The notes below the pieces were generated by a model. The model ran no database searches, was not told the origin of the DNA, and saw nothing but the letters and a program-made list of their open reading frames with translations. From an uncultured Bdellovibrionales bacterium (GTDB lineage Bacteria; Patescibacteriota; Minisyncoccia; Moranbacterales; UBA9337): 64,000 bases of DNA. Each line of letters opens with the position of its first letter. Positions within the stretch are counted from its first letter, which is position 1. Positions 56,182 to 64,000 of the stretch are shown here, piece after piece. A program made the translations under genes and the position numbers. The stretch spans positions 82,424 to 146,423 of the forward strand of contig CAZSCV010000001.1 of NCBI GenBank assembly GCA_964605525.1, given 5' to 3'.

Positions 56182-57323
56182 CTATATTTACCAACAATTA
56201 CCTTCCCAATCCATACGGCGTGTCCGGTTCGATTGAGAGTTTTCGGAGGGAATTTGAGAAGATGGGGCACACGGTATATATTTTTGCTCCCGCATGGAAA
56301 GGATATGAGGATGAAAATCCGAACGTTTTTCGGTATCCTTCTTTGGATATTGTCATAAAATTTCGTTTTCCGCTTCCGATTCCATATTCCCGCAAGATGG
56401 ACAAAATTATTGCGGAATTGGATTTGGATATTATCCACTGCCAGCATCCCAATCTTCTTGGATCGGCGGCGAGTAAATGGGCGCGTAAAAAAAATATTCC
56501 TTTGATTTTCACTTGGCACACTCTGTATGATCAATATACAAACTTTGTTCCTTTTGTGCCAAAGAAAATGGCGGCGAATTGGATAATCAAAAAAGCGGCA
56601 AAATATGCCAATCAGGCGGATGCGGTGGTTGTTCCTACTCTTTCAGTGAAAAATATTATTCAAAAATGGGGAGTTTCCAATGAAAATATTTTTCCGATTT
56701 CAACCGGGGTGGATGAAAAGGATTTTGAAGGTGCCGACGGAGAGAGTATTCGAAAAAAATACAATATTGGCAAGAATGAAATTTTATTGCTTTTGGTTTC
56801 TCGATTGACGGAGGAAAAAAATGTGCAATTTTTACTTGAAGCGATGTTTGAGGTTTTGAAAAAAAAGAGTAATGCGAAGTTTTTGATTGCCGGAGGCGGG
56901 TATTTGCAAAAAGTTTTGGAAGAAAAAAGCAGAGATGAAAAATTGAACAGTAGAATATTTTTTGCCGGAGAAGTCGGTCGCGATCAAGTGAAGAATTTTT
57001 ATGCCGGAGCGGATATTTTTGTGTATGCTTCCAAAAGCGAAACACAAGGAATGATTATTTCCGAGGCGATGTATTCCGGGCTTCCGGTGGTGGCGGTAAA
57101 CGCGACGGGTATTTGTGATTTGGTTATTGATGGAAAAACCGGGTTATTGGTATCGGAAAATAAGGATGAATTTGCAAACGCAGTGAGCCGTTTGATCGAT
57201 GATGAAAATAAAAGAAAATTGTTTGGTGAAAATTCCAAAAAAGTATCTATGGAAAATTATACTTCAAAAGTTTGCGCAAAAAAAATGATTGAGTTGTATG
57301 AAAGGATAAAGACAAAAAAATAA
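56172..57323 (+). CDS. glycosyltransferase family 4
   Basis: MRIAIFTNNYLPNPYGVSG N-terminus; EAMYSGLPVVAVNATG…DGKTG (E-X7-E region). Confidence 0.85.
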   Translation: MRIAIFTNNYLPNPYGVSGSIESFRREFEKMGHTVYIFAPAWKGYEDENPNVFRYPSLDIVIKFRFPLPIPYSRKMDKIIAELDLDIIHCQHPNLLGSAASKWARKKNIPLIFTWHTLYDQYTNFVPFVPKKMAANWIIKKAAKYANQADAVVVPTLSVKNIIQKWGVSNENIFPISTGVDEKDFEGADGESIRKKYNIGKNEILLLLVSRLTEEKNVQFLLEAMFEVLKKKSNAKFLIAGGGYLQKVLEEKSRDEKLNSRIFFAGEVGRDQVKNFYAGADIFVYASKSETQGMIISEAMYSGLPVVAVNATGICDLVIDGKTGLLVSENKDEFANAVSRLIDDENKRKLFGENSKKVSMENYTSKVCAKKMIELYERIKTKK

Positions 57324-57554
57324 TAAAATATTTTTCTTGCAAGTGTCCCTTTTGTGTCGCACGACACTTTTTTGTTAATATCCGGTTGGTTATGAAAAGA
57401 AGAATTTATTTTAACTACACAAAGACAGTGCAAGAAAAATATTTTATTATTTTTTTGTCTTTTTAAAAATTTCAAATAAAAAAAAGCGCCCCTTCACTTT
57501 ATTCGATGCGCTGTCGAACAAGATCAGGGGCTAGGGGCGGGGGAGGAGTTATGT

Positions 57555-57728
57555 TCAATGAGTTGTTTTTTCCAAAAATTTTTTAAAAGTATTTCCGATG
57601 GTACCATCGGAAAACTTTATTTTTACCCTTTTTTCCCCTTGGCAGTTACCAAGGGTATCGAGTATAATAACAACCTCTCCATGAAGGTTATCATTTGGAT
57701 GTTCTTCAGAAATTTCATATTTTTTCAT
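57555..57728 (-). CDS. hypothetical small protein (57 aa, absent from the ORF track)
   Basis: Hand translation MKKYEISEEHPNDNLHGEVVIILDTLGNCQGEKRVKIKFSDGTIGNTFKKFLEKTTH; AAGGGGAG RBS ~9 nt upstream. Confidence 0.35.
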   Translation of the reverse strand: MKKYEISEEHPNDNLHGEVVIILDTLGNCQGEKRVKIKFSDGTIGNTFKKFLEKTTH

Positions 57729-57828
57729 ATTTTTTTTCTCCCCTTACTTCTTTGTATATTTTTTCAAAAAACTCCCCTCGTTCCCATGCGTCGATTTTTA
57801 CGCAGAATTTGATTTTTGTCAAGGATTT

Positions 57829-59982
57829 TTACTCCAAATGTACGTTTTTCTTGAATTTTTCCAGTTCTTTTTGGAGGAGTGGATGGTTTTCCAACTTGGG
57901 ATCATTTTTGAGCAGATCGAGCGCTTCTTGGCGGGAAATTTCAATCAGTTTGATGTTTCCCAAGTTTTCCATCGTGATGTCGGGCAATCCCGATTGGCGC
58001 GAGCCCAGAAATTCTCCCGGACCGCGAAGTTTCAGATCCTTTTCTGCGATATCAAACCCGCTGGAATATTTTTCCATAGTTTTTAATCTAGCGTTAGACG
58101 ATGCGCCGAAAAGAAAGCAATATGATTGATATTCGCCACGTCCCACGCGTCCGCGAAATTGGTGAAGCTGAGAAAGTCCGAAACGGTCGGCATCCTCGAT
58201 AATCATAATCGTGGCATTGGAAATATCCACTCCAACTTCGACAACGGAAGTAGAAACCAAAATATCGTATTTTTTATTTTTGAAAGCTTGCATTGTTTCT
58301 TCTTTTTCTTTTGATTTCAATCTTCCGTGGAGCAAGCCCAATTTCAAATCGGGAAATATTTTTTCCGATAATCTTTGGTGTTCGCTCACGGCCGCTTTGA
58401 CTTCGCTCATGGCTTTGGACTGCTCTACGAGAGGCAAAATGACGAAGGCTTGTCGTCCTTGTTGGATTTGATCGCGGACAAAGTCATATATTTTTTTTCT
58501 TTCAATCGCCGGAACGACACGAGTAATGATTTCTTTTCTGTTTTTCGGCATCTCGTCTAAAAGGGAAATATCCAAATTTCCAAAAAGCGCCATAGTTAAT
58601 GTTCGAGGAATAGGCGTGGCGGTCATAGTTAACAGATGGGGTATTTTGTTCTTTACTCCATCAGATATTTCAGTTGTTTGCTGTTGGAGAAAAGCGCGCT
58701 GTCCGACACCGAACCGATGCTGTTCATCGACAATAACCAGTGCCAGTTTTCCAAATTTTACATCTTTTTGAATTAAAGCATGAGTACCTATTACTATACT
58801 CATCTTCATTTCTTTTATAAATCGAAGTAAATCATCGCGCTTTACTTTTGTAGTATTTCTGGAAAAATTTTCAATTTTCAATTTATAATTTTCAAACAAT
58901 TTTAAATTTTTAATGTCTGAATTTTTATTATGCGATATTAGTTGATAAGAGTTTGTTAATAAAGAAATATTTATATTATAATCTTTAAATATTTTGCAAA
59001 AACTTTCAAAGTGTTGGAGGGCGAGAACTTCGGTGGGCGCCATAATGGCGACCTGATGACCGGCGGAGGCAACTTTGAGGGAGGCGATGGCGGCGATGAT
59101 GGTTTTTCCGCTCCCCACATCTCCGTTAAGCAGACGATTCATCGGATGGGATTTTTCCAAATCGGCAAGAATTTTTTCGCTGGCTTTTTGCTGCGTGCCG
59201 GTAAGTTCAAATGGCAGTTCTTTAATGAATTCGCGACTGATGTTTTTTTTAGTTTTGATTGCAATCGCGCTTTCATTTTCCCATTGCGAGCGGATTTGCA
59301 ATGATTTCAATTGTAGGAGAAACATTTCAGAAAAAGCGAATCGTTTTCGAGCGATTTTGAAATGGTTTTCGGTTTTTGGGAAATGGGCAAAAATCAAAGA
59401 TTTTTTCAAGTCGTGCAGATTGAGTTTCTCCACGATTTTTTCAGGAAGTGGATCGTCAATTTCAAAATCATTTTGAAAAATATTTCCGATTTGCCAACGA
59501 ATCCATTTGGAGGTAATGCCTTCTGTTTCCGGATAAATTGGAACTAGCCGTCCGGTATGGGTAGCATCGCGCGAAGAAAATTCCCACGCCGGATTGGATA
59601 TGGACAAATTTTTTTTCCCGAGCATTATTTTTCCGCTTAGGCGTAGCTCCTTGCCTTCTTTCAATGCACTCGCCAAATAGCGCTGATTGAACCATACTGC
59701 CTGAATACTACCGCTGTCATCAGAGATGACCGCTTCAGTAAGTTGCATTTTTCTTTTTGTCCAGCTTCGACGGGCATTGACTGAAATAATTTTTCCAATA
59801 ATAGTGGCTTGTTCTCCAACGATGACTTCGGAAATTGGAACGACCTTGGAATAATCCTCATAGCGAAAAGGCAAATGAAAAACCAAATCTTTCAAAGTAA
59901 AAATGCCCAGTCTGTGAAGCGCTTTGATGTGAGAAACTCGAATCCCGGACATCTCTTCAATTTTTTGTTCCAAATCAACCAT
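57829..59982 (-). CDS. recG: ATP-dependent DNA helicase RecG
   Basis: N-terminal wedge/OB region; GDVGSGKT Walker A; DEQHRFGV; C-terminal helicase motifs; 717 aa. Confidence 0.9.
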   Translation of the reverse strand: MVDLEQKIEEMSGIRVSHIKALHRLGIFTLKDLVFHLPFRYEDYSKVVPISEVIVGEQATIIGKIISVNARRSWTKRKMQLTEAVISDDSGSIQAVWFNQRYLASALKEGKELRLSGKIMLGKKNLSISNPAWEFSSRDATHTGRLVPIYPETEGITSKWIRWQIGNIFQNDFEIDDPLPEKIVEKLNLHDLKKSLIFAHFPKTENHFKIARKRFAFSEMFLLQLKSLQIRSQWENESAIAIKTKKNISREFIKELPFELTGTQQKASEKILADLEKSHPMNRLLNGDVGSGKTIIAAIASLKVASAGHQVAIMAPTEVLALQHFESFCKIFKDYNINISLLTNSYQLISHNKNSDIKNLKLFENYKLKIENFSRNTTKVKRDDLLRFIKEMKMSIVIGTHALIQKDVKFGKLALVIVDEQHRFGVGQRAFLQQQTTEISDGVKNKIPHLLTMTATPIPRTLTMALFGNLDISLLDEMPKNRKEIITRVVPAIERKKIYDFVRDQIQQGRQAFVILPLVEQSKAMSEVKAAVSEHQRLSEKIFPDLKLGLLHGRLKSKEKEETMQAFKNKKYDILVSTSVVEVGVDISNATIMIIEDADRFGLSQLHQFRGRVGRGEYQSYCFLFGASSNARLKTMEKYSSGFDIAEKDLKLRGPGEFLGSRQSGLPDITMENLGNIKLIEISRQEALDLLKNDPKLENHPLLQKELEKFKKNVHLE

Positions 59983-60234
59983 AAATTCAGTATATAGTAT
60001 TTGGTATTTTGGATAAAGTATTTCCTGATTATTTCCCGACTATCTTTACTATTTTTTAATTTGATATTTTTAAGGATAAATAAATTTACAAAAAATTTAA
60101 TAAAATAAAATTGTCAATCAATCGCATATGCGTATATTTGACAATTTTTTTTGTTCAGATGAGTATATGTTCAATATTGCCAAGTATGGGTGGACGGGGT
60201 AGTATGAATGTAATTTAATTGATAACGGAAAAAT

Positions 60235-61020
60235 ATGATCGGAGTTTTTGATAGCGGGATTGGAGGGCTCACTGTAGTGAAAGAGATTAAAAAAGTGATG
60301 CCGGATTGTTCAATTATTTATTTTGGCGATACGGCGCGTTATCCTTGGGGAAATAAGAATGCCGAAACGGTGCAAAGATATTCTGAAGAAATTTGCATTT
60401 TTTTGATTGCGCAGGGAGTCGAGGATATTGTAATCGCTTGCAACACTGCTTCCACTTTTGCCGGAGATTATTTGCGGAAAAAATTTCCGGAAATTAATTT
60501 TTTTAATGTGATTGATCCGGTGGTGGATAGGATAAAATTGGAATTAAGCGCCAGGAAGAATAAAAATCGGGAAATCAAGGCAGGGGTTATCGGAACGCGG
60601 GGAACGATTGAAAGCGGAGTCTATGAAAAAAAAATCAAAAAGTCAAATCCGCGGACAAAAGTAATTTCACAATCTTGCCCGTTGTTTGTTTCTATTATTG
60701 AGGAAGGAATGGCAAATCATGGCGTGGCGGAAATAATTGCCAAAAATTATTTGGCAAAAATAAAAAAGGCAAAGGTTGATTTTTTAATTTTGGGATGCAC
60801 GCATTATCCGCTGTTGGAAAAAACAATCAAAAAAGTTTTGGGAAAAGTATCCCTTATCAGTTCTGCCAAAGAAGCAGCGAAAGAATTAGCAAGCAGAAAA
60901 ATTATCCATTCGAATATTCAAAGAGACGTTTTTTATTTTTCGGATACATCCAGCCATTATGACAGATTGACGCGGAAGATACTTGGAAAAAAAATAAAAG
61001 TCAATAGAAAGGTTTTGTAA
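60235..61020 (+). CDS. murI: glutamate racemase
   Basis: IGVFDSGIGGLTV, IACNTAS and LGCTHYP catalytic Cys regions. Confidence 0.9.
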   Translation: MIGVFDSGIGGLTVVKEIKKVMPDCSIIYFGDTARYPWGNKNAETVQRYSEEICIFLIAQGVEDIVIACNTASTFAGDYLRKKFPEINFFNVIDPVVDRIKLELSARKNKNREIKAGVIGTRGTIESGVYEKKIKKSNPRTKVISQSCPLFVSIIEEGMANHGVAEIIAKNYLAKIKKAKVDFLILGCTHYPLLEKTIKKVLGKVSLISSAKEAAKELASRKIIHSNIQRDVFYFSDTSSHYDRLTRKILGKKIKVNRKVL

Positions 61021-61026
61021 TTTGTG

Positions 61027-61080
61027 CGCTTGGCAGGAATCCCAGTCTGCTGGTCGCCCGCTAGGGTGAGAACCTGCTTA
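61027..61080 (-). repeat. duplicated tRNA-Arg 3' half with paired-hairpin insert in the T-loop
   Basis: Minus strand: GCAGGTTC[TCACCCTAGCGGGCGACCAGCAGACTGG]GATTCCTGCCAAGCGCAC, against tRNA GCAGGTTCGATTCCTGCTAAGCGCAC. Confidence 0.6.
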
Positions 61081-61096
61081 CACTTTATCATTTTAG

Positions 61097-61169
61097 TGCG
61101 CTTAGCAGGAATCGAACCTGCGACCTTCTGGACCGCAACCAGACGCTCTATCCACTGAGCTACAAGCGC
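61097..61169 (-). tRNA. tRNA-Arg (anticodon reads GCG)
   Basis: Acceptor GCGCTTG/TAAGCGC; D-arm TAGCTCAGTGGATAGAGCG; anticodon stem TCTGG/CCAGA, loop TTGCGGT. Confidence 0.65.
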
Positions 61170-61251
61170 TTTTAACATTTAAGCATACTAACATTTTAAC
61201 ATAAAAAAGCAATAGATCAGGCTATTGCTTTTTTTGGAGAATTTAGCGGAT

Positions 61252-61791
61252 TTAAATATGCAGAAGTCTTTCCAATGTGTCTACTATGCTCGGATGTTGC
61301 TTTTTTTCCGGAATAAATTGCAAAAGAACTTGTCTGGCGTCTTCGGAATCTATTTCATGAATGGGAATATGGACAAAAGGAATGAGCCATCCGTTGGTAT
61401 GCAGGCTGAGTATTCTTTGATGGGGTTCTTTGTAAAGAATCCAAAAGGATTGAATGTCATCAAATTCATAAAATTCTTTTTCTGCCATTATTCCCTCTCG
61501 AGTTATTGAATAAATACAAACGGAAGGGTCTTTTTCCAGATGGACAAATCCGACAATTCCAATCAAAATGAATGTTATTGCCATCAGCGGACTATTGGTT
61601 ATCAGGGCGTAAACAATGATTATTCCTAAAAATAAAGAAGCAAGCATGTACCATTTTCTGTCTTTTGGATAATTTTCATACTCAGGTCCTTGCCACTCAA
61701 GTAGTATTTGTTTTTTGGAATTTCCCAAATAGGAATCGTTTTCCAGCGAGGCTATTTTTTCTAATTGTTTTTTGTGTTTTAATAGATCCAT
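61252..61791 (-). CDS. hypothetical membrane protein
   Basis: 179 aa, two adjacent TM helices. Confidence 0.4.
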   Translation of the reverse strand: MDLLKHKKQLEKIASLENDSYLGNSKKQILLEWQGPEYENYPKDRKWYMLASLFLGIIIVYALITNSPLMAITFILIGIVGFVHLEKDPSVCIYSITREGIMAEKEFYEFDDIQSFWILYKEPHQRILSLHTNGWLIPFVHIPIHEIDSEDARQVLLQFIPEKKQHPSIVDTLERLLHI

Positions 61792-61884
61792 TTTTTTTAC
61801 GTTTTATTTTTATTGCTTTTATTATATCCTATTTACAAATACTTTTCCAGCTGGTAGCATATAGCAAGAAATACGGAATATTTT

Positions 61885-61974
61885 GGAGAGATGGCTGAGC
61901 GGTCGAAAGCGACAGTCTTGAAAACTGTAGACCCTTCACGGGGTCCGGGGGTTCGAATCCTCCTCTCTCCGCCA
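61885..61974 (+). tRNA. tRNA-Ser (anticodon TGA), CCA encoded
   Basis: GGAGAGATGGCTGAGCGGTCGAAAGC; anticodon stem ACAGT/ACTGT, loop CTTGAAA; long variable arm; T-arm GGGGGTTCGAATCCTCC. Confidence 0.85.
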
Positions 61975-62050
61975 AGTTTTACATTTCAAACGATTAAAAA
62001 CAATTTCCTCAAATAGTGTGTCAAGACAAAAGAAAACAAAAAGATAGGCA

Positions 62051-62090
62051 AAAAACCGCCCAGAATATTATTCTGAAGGCGGTTTTTTGT
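62051..62090. terminator. bidirectional terminator AACCGCC…GGCGGTT with palindromic loop
   Basis: aaaaAACCGCCcagaatattattctgaaGGCGGTTttttgtttt. Confidence 0.6.
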
Positions 62091-62169
62091 TTTTGGCGAA
62101 TCTCGCCTTCGCGACAATCTACGGACGGACTTCGTCACGCCGTAGCTCGCCGCTTCGGCGTAGCAAAGG

Positions 62170-62256
62170 CGGAGAGGGTGGGATTTGAACCCACGAGGGC
62201 GGTTAAACCCTGCCACGTTAGCAGTGTGGTGCTTTCGGCCACTCAGCCACCTCTCC
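62170..62256 (-). tRNA. tRNA-Ser (anticodon GCT)
   Basis: GGAGAGGTGGCTGAGTGGCCGAAAGC; anticodon stem CCACA/CGTGG, loop CTGCTAA; long variable arm; T-arm GTGGGTTCAAATCCCAC. Confidence 0.8.
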
Positions 62257-62350
62257 ATGGTATTTTTTTGACAAAATAAGTCTAACATCGATTACTTTAT
62301 ATTTCAAGTGTTTGCATAAATCCACTTTACTTTGCATTCCTGAACTCTTC

Positions 62351-63094
62351 TCAATCTCCTTTTTGCCGGGCAATCACAATTCCGAAGACTTTTTTGGCTC
62401 CGGATTTTTTGAGGGTTTTGGCGCATTCAAAGAGAGTTGATCCGGTAGTAGCAATGTCGTCAACCAGAAGAATGATTTTGCCTTTTATTTCTTCTTTGCG
62501 CAAAACGGCAAAAGCATTCTGAATATTTTTTTGTCTTTCCTTGAAATTTTTTATTTTCATTTGGGGTGAAGTGTAATATTTTCGAACCAAATTATTTTCC
62601 GAAATGGGGATATCAAATCCTGGAGCTAGTTTTTTCCCCAGGTATGCCGCCAATAATTGCGATTGATTGAATCCGCGCCAACGAAGGCGCCGAGAGTGGA
62701 GAGGGACCGGAATAATAACATCCGGAAGAGGTATTTCATATTTGAAAAAAGATTTTACCAGTAATTTTCCCAATGGAATGGAGAGATTTTTCACGAAGCG
62801 GTATTTGAAATAGCCAACTGCGCGGGAGATTATTTTTTCTTTGTATGAAGTGCAAACCAACAGTCCGTCCAAGATATTTTTTCGACGGCAATCAAAACAA
62901 GTTTGCCCTGCGGGCGTGGTTGCTTTTTCGCAAACCGGACAAACTTGCTGGTTTTGAAGCTGGATTTTTTCCAAACAACGCGCGCAAATCCATTCGTCTT
63001 CTTTTCCGCACCCAATGCAACTAATTGGAAAAAGAGTATCGAAAACGAATTTTTCAATTCTTTTCTTATATCGCAATAATCTTTTCATTCTCAA
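62351..63094 (-). CDS. comFC: ComF family protein (ComFC; zinc finger plus phosphoribosyltransferase fold)
   Basis: N-terminal CxxC…CxxC pairs; C-terminal ILLVDDIATTGSTL PRTase motif. Confidence 0.8.
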   Translation of the reverse strand: MRMKRLLRYKKRIEKFVFDTLFPISCIGCGKEDEWICARCLEKIQLQNQQVCPVCEKATTPAGQTCFDCRRKNILDGLLVCTSYKEKIISRAVGYFKYRFVKNLSIPLGKLLVKSFFKYEIPLPDVIIPVPLHSRRLRWRGFNQSQLLAAYLGKKLAPGFDIPISENNLVRKYYTSPQMKIKNFKERQKNIQNAFAVLRKEEIKGKIILLVDDIATTGSTLFECAKTLKKSGAKKVFGIVIARQKGD

Positions 63095-64000
63095 CTTTTA
63101 ATTGAATTTTTTTATCTTTTATTTTTTCATCAAGAATTGCCTTGGCGATTTCTGTTTCGACGAATTTTTGAATATTTTTGCGAACGAAACGGGCACCTTG
63201 GTCGAAAGCGACACTTTTTTGGGAGAGCAGGTGTAGTACTGCCGGAGAATAGGAAAGAGAAATACTTTTATTTTTCAGTCTTTCTTTGAGTTTGGCGAGT
63301 TCCAATTGGACGATTTTTTTAATTTCATTTTTTCCCAGAGCGTTAAAGGAAATAATATTATCCAAGCGATTAAGAAGCTCTGGTTTCATTTGCCGTTTCA
63401 ATTCCCTCAGAGAATTTTCTTTCAATCCTTCCCACTTTTGGGCGATTTCTTGGGTATTTTTTCCAAATCCAATAGCAGAATTTTCGGAAAATTCCGCCGT
63501 TCCAGTGTTGGAAGTAAGGATGATGATGGTATTTTTGAAATTTACACTGCGTCCCTCAGAATCCGCAAGAACGCCATCTTCCAGGATTTGCAATAAAATA
63601 TTGAAAATATCCGGGTGGGCTTTTTCGATTTCATCAAAAAGAATCAAGCTGTGTGGCTGGCGGCGAACTTTTTCCGTAAGTTTTCCTCCTTCTCCAAACC
63701 CAATATATCCTGCTGGCGCTCCGAGCAATTGGGAGGCCTGATGCCGTTCCATAAATTCACTCATATCAATTCGAATCAGTGATTTCTCGCTGTTAAACAA
63801 GTTTTTTGCTAATTCTTTGGCAGTCAAAGTCTTTCCTGCCCCGGTTGGTCCGAGAAAAAGAAATGACCCTAGCGGGCGGTTTGGATCATTGATTCCGCTG
63901 TACGCGCGATAAACAACTTCTGTTATTTTTTCAATAGCTTCCGGTTGTCCAATAATGGATGAATTCAACTTTTCTTGCAAATTTTTCAGTTTTGGCGTAA
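63066..64000 (-). CDS. Clp-type AAA+ ATPase (ClpC/ClpB-like), C-terminal D2 domain only; gene continues beyond the window end
   Basis: IIGQPEAIEKI, FLGPTGAGKT Walker A, DMSEFMERH, GAPAGYIGFGEGGKLTE, sensor-2 region; the listed ORF start is TTG and the frame stays open to position 64000. Confidence 0.8.
   Translation of the reverse strand, partial: TPKLKNLQEKLNSSIIGQPEAIEKITEVVYRAYSGINDPNRPLGSFLFLGPTGAGKTLTAKELAKNLFNSEKSLIRIDMSEFMERHQASQLLGAPAGYIGFGEGGKLTEKVRRQPHSLILFDEIEKAHPDIFNILLQILEDGVLADSEGRSVNFKNTIIILTSNTGTAEFSENSAIGFGKNTQEIAQKWEGLKENSLRELKRQMKPELLNRLDNIISFNALGKNEIKKIVQLELAKLKERLKNKSISLSYSPAVLHLLSQKSVAFDQGARFVRKNIQKFVETEIAKAILDEKIKDKKIQLKVENEKIIAI

Noticed and set aside
61097-61169. Unusual GCG anticodon for tRNA-Arg (bacteria normally encode ACG)
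   Set aside because: This could be genuine or my misreading of one base. It cannot be verified without tRNA-scan software, so it is reported as tRNA-Arg with reduced confidence rather than as a finding.
1-64000. rRNA genes, CRISPR arrays, IS transposases
   Set aside because: No 16S/23S/5S-like conserved stretches, no short repeat-spacer arrays and no DDE/HUH transposase ORFs were seen in the window.

Overview
Low-GC bacterial chromosomal segment. The gene style (compact genes, many short hypotheticals, a type IV pilus locus, a receiver-only response regulator) is reminiscent of Patescibacteria/CPR-like genomes, but that is inference only. Housekeeping content: rpsO, gyrA, trpS, a phosphohexomutase, ybaB, ychF, valS, tsaD, recG, murI, comFC, a partial Clp-type AAA+ ATPase at the window end, and 11 tRNAs, several in a minus-strand cluster. 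Accessory content: (1) an AbiEi/AbiEii two-gene module; (2) an ~8 kb phage-like integrated element (terS-like, peptidase, lipoprotein, winged-helix proteins, Xis-like HTH and a large serine recombinase whose 3' end overlaps the ychF start); (3) an array at 23.3–31.7 kb of promoterless-looking ORFs, each preceded by a conserved ~300 bp structured module that contains integron attC-like inverted repeats (ATCCAAC … GTTGGAT) and a conserved leader, with GC-richer cargo including an 1159-aa DEAH-box helicase; (4) a histidine kinase/response regulator pair plus a type IV pilus operon (pilB, pilC, pilins, pilM/N/O); (5) a family of GC-rich paired-hairpin mini-elements found in intergenic DNA, twice in-frame inside tsaD, and inside duplicated 3' halves of tRNA genes. 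All coordinates I derived by hand carry about ±2 nt uncertainty. Composition statements are by eye, not computed.
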